Shown: in pieces, positions 57,222 through 64,000 of the stretch
Layout of the letters: every line of letters begins with the position of its first letter
Numbering within the stretch: position 1 is the first letter of the stretch
Virus record (IMG/VR): IMGVR_UViG_3300037104_000592
Location: 18,377-82,376 of that record
DNA: 64,000 bases
Source: a virus
Direction: 5' to 3' (one strand)
The notes under the pieces: model-generated
Seen by the model: only the letters and a program-made list of their open reading frames with translations
What the model was told of the DNA's origin: nothing
The model's database searches: none
Program-made: the position numbers and the translations under genes

Positions 57222-57223
57222 AT

Positions 57224-57460
57224 ATGAGTTGGGATTATGAACATATAAGAAGATTTTCTGGAACTAAAAAAATAACTATAAATATATTTGAGGGAAATAT
57301 TGAGGGGTTACATTCTTTAATTAATTGGTTAGAGGGATTTGAATCTTCTGGAAAAACAAGAGTTCCTGGTCATCTATCTCTTGTTATGCACTTCAGAGAA
57401 ATAATGAGTCAATTATATGAAGAAGAACAACTATCACATAAACCTAAAGCTGATCCATGA
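57224..57460 (+). CDS. hypothetical protein
   Basis: packed ORF. Confidence 0.5.
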   Translation: MSWDYEHIRRFSGTKKITINIFEGNIEGLHSLINWLEGFESSGKTRVPGHLSLVMHFREIMSQLYEEEQLSHKPKADP

Positions 57461-58209
57461 ATAATATAAATAATTTTATAAAGAAAATATTAAAAGTATC
57501 TATTGAAAAGGAGTTTTCATTTCATCATCTTGGTATTGTTGGTTCTGACACTATTCACTTTATTAAAAGCAATGGTAAAGTTGATTACCCAAATATTTTA
57601 ATAGCAGCTGGTTTTCATGGTGATGAACCAGCAGGACCGTTGAGTATTTTAGCTTTTCTTGAACAGTTAGATATAAAAGATATTTCTAATATTAATCTAT
57701 CTTTTTTACCATTAGTTAATCCTTCTGGTTTTCGAAATATTACACATTGTAATGATTGGGGGGAAAATCCAAATAGAGGATTTTGTAACCTAAAAGTGAA
57801 TGAAAAATTATCACTTGAAGGAAAAGTTTTGATGGAAAATTTAGAAATATTAAAAGAAAGTTCCAAAGATGGTTTTATATCTTTACATGAGGATGCTGAC
57901 GAGAAACATTCTTATTTATATACATATGAGAAAAGTGATAAAATAGGACCTTTTTCATTAATGCTTAGAAATATAATTTTAAAACATTTTACTATGTTAC
58001 CAGATGGAAACAATCCAATCGTTGGTAACATAGTAAATAATATTATTTTTAATGATTGTGATGGTTCTCTTGAGGATAGATTATTTCATGAAGGTTCTTC
58101 TTTTGCAGCATGCACAGAAACACCTGGAAAACATGGTTTATCTAAAAGAATTACAGCAGACGTTGAAATTATAAAAGCTTTTATTAATTTTTCAATAGGG
58201 GGAAATTAA
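57457..58209 (+). CDS. M14-family zinc carboxypeptidase / succinylglutamate desuccinylase-like
   Basis: AGFHGDEPAG, PLVNPSG, NPNRGF, SLHED, TETP. Confidence 0.85.
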   Translation: MNNINNFIKKILKVSIEKEFSFHHLGIVGSDTIHFIKSNGKVDYPNILIAAGFHGDEPAGPLSILAFLEQLDIKDISNINLSFLPLVNPSGFRNITHCNDWGENPNRGFCNLKVNEKLSLEGKVLMENLEILKESSKDGFISLHEDADEKHSYLYTYEKSDKIGPFSLMLRNIILKHFTMLPDGNNPIVGNIVNNIIFNDCDGSLEDRLFHEGSSFAACTETPGKHGLSKRITADVEIIKAFINFSIGGN

Positions 58210-58644
58210 ATGGTGATATGTATAGATTTCGATGGGACGTGTGTAGATCATAGATATCCTGATATAGGTCCAGATGCTCCTTTCGCTGTAGAAACTTTAA
58301 AAGAGCTAGCTAATTTTGGACATAAACTTATTTTATTTACAATGAGAAGTAACATAGGTCTTGTTGATGCTATAGGATGGTTTAAAGAAAGAAATATTCC
58401 ATTATATGCAATACAATTTAATCCTGAACAAAACAGTTGGTCAACAAGTAATAAATGTTATGCAGAGTTGTATATTGATGATGCAGCATTTGGATGTCCT
58501 TTGATTCACCCAGAAGGTTTTAATAGACCATGTGTAGATTGGACTAAAGTTATTATTAAATTTACAGAGGAGAAACAACTATGTGGGAATTTAATCCAGG
58601 TAGTGATGAAGCAATTAAAAGAGGATGTGTTTGCCCAATCTTAG
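58210..58644 (+). CDS. HAD-superfamily phosphatase (BT0820-like)
   Basis: IDFDGT..H.YP.IG, FTMR, K.YA..YIDD. Confidence 0.85.
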   Translation: MVICIDFDGTCVDHRYPDIGPDAPFAVETLKELANFGHKLILFTMRSNIGLVDAIGWFKERNIPLYAIQFNPEQNSWSTSNKCYAELYIDDAAFGCPLIHPEGFNRPCVDWTKVIIKFTEEKQLCGNLIQVVMKQLKEDVFAQS

Positions 58645-58769
58645 ATAATGAACATGGACGAGGATGTGGTTGGGTAAATGCAGATGGAACTCAAGCATTT
58701 TGGATAACACAAGGATGTCCATTACATTCATTAACGGAGATAAAAGATGAACAAAACAGAAGAAATTAA
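58581..58769 (+). CDS. small Cys/His protein (PGS.EA...GC.CP..DN..GRG...CPLH)
   Basis: GAGGAG RBS; phage-type motif. Confidence 0.6.
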   Translation: MWEFNPGSDEAIKRGCVCPILDNEHGRGCGWVNADGTQAFWITQGCPLHSLTEIKDEQNRRN

Positions 58770-59232
58770 AAACCTCAAACAAAAAATTGAAGAGATGACT
58801 GAAACATTGGATTGTGCAACAAATAATCAATGGTCACAATGGGAACTTGATAAAAGTAGAATTATAGCTGAAAATATGGCTAACGGGTTTCGAATTATAG
58901 AGTTGGAAGAACGAATTAAAGAACTAGAGAAACTTGAAAATGCATTGAGAGGTAAGGTTCATAAATATCAACTTCTAATAGGACCTACTGAACGACAAAA
59001 TGAAAAGTTAATAGAAATATTGAAAAATTTTGAATCTAAAATTTTTAAAATGTTCAATGATACTCAGGATTTGCTTGATGATGTTATGAGTATAAATCAG
59101 GAGATTGCAGAAGAAAAAAATATTAGTTCAGAGTATGTTATTCCAGAAGGAGCAGGAGCTTTTCTAGATAGAAATAAAGATGAAATTAAAGCTGCATTAT
59201 TAATTTTACAAGGAGATGATAAAAGTAAATGA
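58747..59232 (+). CDS. coiled-coil hypothetical protein
   Basis: heptad pattern. Confidence 0.55.
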   Translation: MNKTEEIKNLKQKIEEMTETLDCATNNQWSQWELDKSRIIAENMANGFRIIELEERIKELEKLENALRGKVHKYQLLIGPTERQNEKLIEILKNFESKIFKMFNDTQDLLDDVMSINQEIAEEKNISSEYVIPEGAGAFLDRNKDEIKAALLILQGDDKSK

Positions 59233-59504
59233 AATGGCATGGTGGAGAAACTAAAAAAGCAAAAAGAAATAGATTATCAGAATGGCATAAATATTTTGCT
59301 TGGCATCCTGTAGTAGTTGGATATTCTTATAATGGAAGAAAAATAAAATGTTGGATGTGTTATGTTGAACGACAAGGAAAACATGATTCCTACTTCAGTG
59401 ATTTTAGAAATTGGAGATGGGAGTATAGAGAACTAGAAAGGACACAAGAAACACAAGAAATAAAAGGTTTTTTAAAAATATGGGCAAGAAAGAAAAAAGA
59501 ATGA
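59229..59504 (+). CDS. hypothetical Trp-rich protein
   Basis: WHKYFAWHPV. Confidence 0.55.
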   Translation: MKWHGGETKKAKRNRLSEWHKYFAWHPVVVGYSYNGRKIKCWMCYVERQGKHDSYFSDFRNWRWEYRELERTQETQEIKGFLKIWARKKKE

Positions 59505-59660
59505 AAGATACTGCACCAATGAATAAAACAAGATGGAAAATAATTATGACCCCAATTGATAAAATAACTAAAGGATTAAAGTCAGAAGAATATTATAAAA
59601 GACAGGTTACGATGATACAAGAAATGGCTAATTGGTTTAAAAAGTGGAGAAAAGAAAAAA

Positions 59661-59930
59661 ATGAGTGATGAAAAATATAAGCAAATGCTAGATCGTCACA
59701 AACAAGAAATAGAAGATTTTCGAAATAATTGTCCTCATTCTGTTATATCAGATTGGATTCCTTTTATGTGGGCACCTGGACATTTTTCACATCATGTTAA
59801 AGTATGTGAAAGATGTTATAAAACAATAGAGGAATCTATGCCACAACCAGTTATTAAAGCAGAGGTTACTTCTAGTTATCAAACTGAACATAAATGGAAA
59901 GAAAATGATAAAAAAGAAAAGGACTTATGA
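59661..59930 (+). CDS. hypothetical zinc-binding protein
   Basis: CPH...CERC. Confidence 0.55.
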   Translation: MSDEKYKQMLDRHKQEIEDFRNNCPHSVISDWIPFMWAPGHFSHHVKVCERCYKTIEESMPQPVIKAEVTSSYQTEHKWKENDKKEKDL

Positions 59931-60756
59931 TCCATATGATCATTTTGTGATATTATTAATTGGATTAAATATTTGGATGTTTACTAATTGGAAATGGGGA
60001 GTTGGTTCTATATTAATTATGTTTATTCTTGAAAGATATACTTAAAAATAGAGGGAAGAAATGAAAGTTTATATTTTTGAAATTGGTTCTTATTGGGATA
60101 CTCCTGATGTAACAAAAGTATTTGGTAGTTTAGAATATGCTATGAGTCATATTCCAAAAGGATTTAAAGAACTAAAACAATGGGGTTGTGAAACAAGTAA
60201 AGAATATTACGCACAAAATGAAAAAAGTAGAAGATGGTTAAAAATAACTCCTCATGAAGTGGAAAGAGAGAATAGAAAAAGTTGAGTAATAATACTTGGA
60301 AATCATTTAGAGAATATATAAATAAAAAAGAAGTAGGAACTTCGATAAGTAGAAAAGAAATAAAAATGAATATAAAACATTATGGTTACTTTACTTTGGA
60401 TACATATAAACGTATTCTTGAAGCTGTTGGGTGCTTAGAAACAGAAAAAAGAGGTCAATATAAAATCATAATGAAAGTTCCTGATTTACCATATAATATC
60501 ATGAGAGATCTTGCTTATATAACTTTAGGTGGAAATAAAATTGGTAGGTGAAAGATGAGACTATTAATATTTAAAGGGTGTTTCGATCCAATTCAATGTC
60601 CATATATTTATACTAGCTCTAACTACCCATATGTTCTACACTCATGTAGACACCCAAAAATAAAAAAAGAATGTATGAACATGCAAATTCCATCTTTTGG
60701 TTTTCCATATTTTTGTGAATTATGTAAAATTATTGAAGAAAATAATGAGGATAAAA

Positions 60757-61302
60757 ATGTCAAAAAAAAGAACGAGTGATACAGCAAGAGAATTAGCAGA
60801 TGCTCTTATAGATATGATGCTTCTTTTTTCTAAGAAAAGCGAATATCATAAAAAGTTTTTATACTCTTTTAATAAAAGAATTGAAGAGAGAAAAAAAGAG
60901 TTAGGAATAAAAGATTCTATAAGAGATACAAATAATAATGTAGATATAAAATATCTTGGAATACCAAATATTTGTTTTTCTTTAACTGATGCTGATGATG
61001 ATAGAGAAAAATTATTTTCAAAACAACGAAAAGAAAGAGGATTTGATAGTAGTGAGTTGTGGTCTTTCTTTAATACAATTACTGATTTTATTCTTCCTAG
61101 ATTAAAAGTATTTAAAGAAAATACTTGCGGTCATCCTGGTTCATTAGAAGATGAAAAAGACTGGAGAGATATATTAGATAAGATGATAAAATCTTTCGAA
61201 ATATCAAAAGAAAAAGATGGGATGATGAGTAATAAAGAATATAAAGAATGGAAAAAAGGAATGAATCTTTTTGTGAATTGGTATTTTGCTTTATGGTATT
61301 AA
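60757..61302 (+). CDS. conserved phage protein (paralog of 46432-46950)
   Basis: RGFDSSELWS...ILPRLK.F...GHP...W..ILDKMI.SF...G..LF..WYF.LW. Confidence 0.65.
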   Translation: MSKKRTSDTARELADALIDMMLLFSKKSEYHKKFLYSFNKRIEERKKELGIKDSIRDTNNNVDIKYLGIPNICFSLTDADDDREKLFSKQRKERGFDSSELWSFFNTITDFILPRLKVFKENTCGHPGSLEDEKDWRDILDKMIKSFEISKEKDGMMSNKEYKEWKKGMNLFVNWYFALWY

Positions 61303-61310
61303 TTAATTAT

Positions 61311-61319
61311 AGAACAAAT
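61311..61319 (+). promoter_or_regulatory. candidate phage promoter motif AGAACAAAT (copy 3)
   Basis: Intergenic, upstream of GGAGGA RBS and a putative structural gene. Confidence 0.4.
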
Positions 61320-61320
61320 T

Positions 61321-61351
61321 AAAAATAGAGTGCTTTCTGCTCTATTTTTTT
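61321..61351. terminator. hairpin with A/T tracts
   Basis: aaaaatagag-tgctttctg-ctctattttttt. Confidence 0.5.
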
Positions 61352-61375
61352 GTAAATTTTTTATGGAGGAATATT

Positions 61376-61642
61376 ATGAAAAAAACTTATCTTCAAATAC
61401 TAACTGAACAATTTGAAAAACAATTACCAGTTGGAAAACATAATAATATTCCAGATTCAGAGTTTGATAAGGATGAACTGAAAAAAGGAATTTCTGTAGA
61501 ACATGAACATTCGAATGACCCAAATATTTGCAAAGCTATTGCAAAAGACCATCTTAGCGAAATACCAGGAACTGGAAAGGGGGATGGTTATTATTCATTA
61601 TTAGAAAAAATGGAAAAAGAAGGTAAAAAGGAATCTAAATAA
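61376..61642 (+). CDS. DUF5661-like protein
   Basis: EL.KGI.VE.EH......IAKDHL.E....YY..L.KME. Confidence 0.7.
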   Translation: MKKTYLQILTEQFEKQLPVGKHNNIPDSEFDKDELKKGISVEHEHSNDPNICKAIAKDHLSEIPGTGKGDGYYSLLEKMEKEGKKESK

Positions 61643-62878
61643 ATGCCAGAAAAAAAACGAGTTTTCACTCCATCTAGGAGTTATGATATACAATTAAAAA
61701 TAAAAGATTTAGATTACACAAATGATTTACAGCAGGTTAGGTTTGTATCTTCAATAGCTGGAGCTTATCAAATTGTTACTTTAGATATTTCGCTTGACCC
61801 AAATGATATAATATTAGAAAATATTTTTGGAAAAGAACCTTTGAATCTACAAATAAAAATGATAGGAAGAGGAATAGAAATAATACCTTCAGAACATTTA
61901 AATATAGAGTTAATGTATTTAGATTCTGATTCATCTATGCCAATGAAATCTGGATTATCAGAAGGATCATTTAAAGATAGAACAATAGTTTCATTTACAA
62001 CAGTTCCGAGAAAACCATTTAAAGCAATGTCAACAATAGTTAATGATGTATTTATAAATAAAACTCCAACTGAAATTGTTTCTCAACTAGTATCTTCAAC
62101 TGGATGTCAATTAGTTATGGATTCAGATGAAAAAAATAATAATAAAATAGATCAGGTAATGATTCCACCAACTAGTCTATATAAAACAATTAAATTTTTA
62201 GATGATAATTTTGGACTATATGAAGGAGCATCTAATTTAGGATTTTGTCAATTTGATAATAAATTTTATGTAATGAATCTAACAAAAAGAATGGATAAAA
62301 CTCAAACATTTACAATATATCATCTTGCAACAGACTCGGATGATACTAATAAAATTATTGAAAAAAGTTCTGATGGTAAAAACTTTTTTACTTATAATGA
62401 GTTACAAAATGGTTATACAGGAAATGCCTTATTTGCTTCACTTGCAAAAAAAGCAAATATAATATTAAAACCAACTAATACATTATTTAAAACTAAAGTA
62501 TTTGATTTAGCAGATATATGTAAAGATTATGGTGCTATAGCTAAAAATCAAGAAGTTGATTCTGATCCTGAGTTAAATAATAGAGAAACATATGTAACAT
62601 CAGATCCCGGTTATGGTGAAGGTAATCTTGCTATATCTCCTATAGCTAGAAAAATAATAGGAATGGCAACTTTAGAATTTGATTTAGAAAAAGATTTACC
62701 CGTATTAAGTTTAATTAATGTTGGAGAACCTGTTAAAGTCATAACAAAAACAGCTGAATATATTCCTCTTAGTGGAAAATATTTATTAAAGTCTAGTGAT
62801 ATAACATTTAATAGACCTGCTGCAGATTGGCAAGCTACATGTCATATTGTATTAATGCGTTCAAATAAAACTATATAA
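61643..62878 (+). CDS. putative baseplate hub / tail-associated structural protein
   Basis: beta-rich 411 aa; C-terminal VG..V.......SGKYLL.S....F..W pattern seen in contractile-tail hub proteins; weak. Confidence 0.4.
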   Translation: MPEKKRVFTPSRSYDIQLKIKDLDYTNDLQQVRFVSSIAGAYQIVTLDISLDPNDIILENIFGKEPLNLQIKMIGRGIEIIPSEHLNIELMYLDSDSSMPMKSGLSEGSFKDRTIVSFTTVPRKPFKAMSTIVNDVFINKTPTEIVSQLVSSTGCQLVMDSDEKNNNKIDQVMIPPTSLYKTIKFLDDNFGLYEGASNLGFCQFDNKFYVMNLTKRMDKTQTFTIYHLATDSDDTNKIIEKSSDGKNFFTYNELQNGYTGNALFASLAKKANIILKPTNTLFKTKVFDLADICKDYGAIAKNQEVDSDPELNNRETYVTSDPGYGEGNLAISPIARKIIGMATLEFDLEKDLPVLSLINVGEPVKVITKTAEYIPLSGKYLLKSSDITFNRPAADWQATCHIVLMRSNKTI

Positions 62879-62888
62879 AAAAAGAAAG

Positions 62889-63083
62889 TCATAAAGACCT
62901 TCTTTTTATGGTTAATAAGGATAAGGAAGTTGTAAAAGTTTTTACATCTTCATCAATAGGTTCTTTTGAGTTTCCTATGAATTGGTTATCAATGATTGAA
63001 TTAATCAATTCATTTTTTTCTTCTAGAGGTATAACTTTCAACATCCCAAGCTGAACTCCAGTTACCAAATATCTTCCTGCCAT
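62889..63083 (-). CDS. hypothetical protein (start of minus-strand block)
   Basis: AAGGAGA RBS on minus strand. Confidence 0.55.
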   Translation of the reverse strand: MAGRYLVTGVQLGMLKVIPLEEKNELINSIIDNQFIGNSKEPIDEDVKTFTTSLSLLTIKRRSL

Positions 63084-63535
63084 TTTTTCTCCTTCTCATT
63101 ACTTTTTTTCTTTTCAAGATCTTTCTCATATCGAGTTTTCTTCAAATCCCTCTTAGCTATCTTCTTGGATATCTTATCCCATCTTAATCTCCTTGCCATT
63201 TTATTTATTCTCCAAATTTATTTTATTTTTTAATCTCAGTAGCACGAACCCAATAACACCAATACATATTCATTAGATAAGAAACTGTATTGGAAATTCT
63301 ACCTTCAGTTGAGGTATTTAAATTAGAGTGATAGTATTCAAATTGAGATTTATAAAACTCAATTTTAGATGGATCAAAGACATCTATTATCACTTATTGT
63401 ATTTCTCCTTCCAAACTTTAGTTTTCTTACAAGATTTGCAAGTGACTTTCTTCTTGTAATTAGTTGTTTTTGTAGAAGAATTTCTAAGTCTTCCACAAGC
63501 CACAATAACCGCATTATAAAAATGTATTATCTTTT

Positions 63536-63829
63536 TCATATTCCTCCTCCACCTTCAATTAAATCCTTACTTAGAAGATCTTCTTGTTTTTTGTTGTAAT
63601 ATTCATCAACAAATGTAAAGTGAGGATATCCTTTACTCCAGTCGATTGATGCAAAGGGTCTACCGAAAAAAGTTATTGGGTTATCAAATATTATATTTTC
63701 TGATTGATGTAATCCACAGATACAATAGATGTAATGCATTGCACGCCCAATTGAATTTCCTTTATATTTGGAATACCATCCTTCCTCTATTCTATCAATT
63801 GGTGTTTCTTTCATGATATATTCTGACAT
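63536..63829 (-). CDS. hypothetical protein
   Basis: AAGGAGA RBS on minus strand. Confidence 0.55.
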   Translation of the reverse strand: MSEYIMKETPIDRIEEGWYSKYKGNSIGRAMHYIYCICGLHQSENIIFDNPITFFGRPFASIDWSKGYPHFTFVDEYYNKKQEDLLSKDLIEGGGGI

Positions 63830-64000
63830 TTTTCCTTCTCCTTTTTTATTATATTATGAGTCTTATAGACTCCTAGTTTAAACCTTCTTCTGAGTATCTT
63901 TCAGAACCTGTTATTCTACTTAAAGCAACCAATGCTTCATCTCTAAATTTTCCATCAGGAGATTCATTAAAAACTTTAATTAAAATTCTTTTTTTCCATG

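Noticed and set aside
103-58830. Minus-strand and alternate-frame ORFs in the track (e.g. 103-378, 3061-3369, 25543-25926, 28849-29223, 52197-52580, 6375-6632, 50166-50381)
   Set aside because: Shadow ORFs overlapping well-supported + strand genes, with biased composition and no motifs.
1-64000. Bacterial chromosome (rpoB/rpoC, gyrB/gyrA, sbcCD, folE2)
   Set aside because: No ribosomal-protein or other housekeeping context, two divergent rpoB, reversed rpoC-rpoB order, shortened subunits, homing endonucleases and dense tiny hypothetical ORFs all indicate a large phage.
1-64000. Stop-codon reassignment
   Set aside because: Long conserved genes are intact in code 11, and TAA, TAG and TGA all end genes at sensible positions.
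1-64000. CRISPR array, tRNA or rRNA genes, group I/II introns
   Set aside because: No regularly spaced repeats, cloverleafs or genes interrupted at the nucleotide level were seen by eye.

Overview
Strongly AT-rich, gene-dense, almost entirely + strand segment of a large (jumbo-type) tailed bacteriophage genome, read in standard code 11. It is not a bacterial chromosome: there are no ribosomal-protein, rpoA or rRNA/tRNA genes, and many short hypothetical ORFs overlap at TAATG/ATGA junctions. It encodes an unsplit, cell-like multisubunit RNA polymerase: two distinct beta paralogs plus one compact beta' (NSDFDGD) in beta'-then-beta order. It also encodes a T4-like type II topoisomerase whose A subunit carries an HNH intein, an Mre11/Rad50 pair, an SF2 helicase, a MoxR AAA+/vWA-metallopeptidase pair, an RNA ligase, FolE2, QueD, three radical SAM proteins and free-standing homing endonucleases. 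The standout is a phage-encoded ubiquitin-like conjugation locus (about 30-37 kb) directly upstream of beta'/beta. It comprises a giant E2-like protein, a JAB/JAMM peptidase, an E1 (ThiF) and a Rho-N/HEH-fused ubiquitin-like protein ending ...GGRKG. These are followed by a possible nucleotide-sponge-like protein, a structured ncRNA candidate, a PC4-like protein and a second, divergent E1 plus E2 (HPN..G.FCL) pair. Several other structured intergenic RNAs, a recurring AGAACAAA promoter-like motif and expanded paralog families (NSSSTSF proteins, CxxCxG..W.D.I zinc fingers) are also seen. All calls come from motif recognition by eye; no searches were run.
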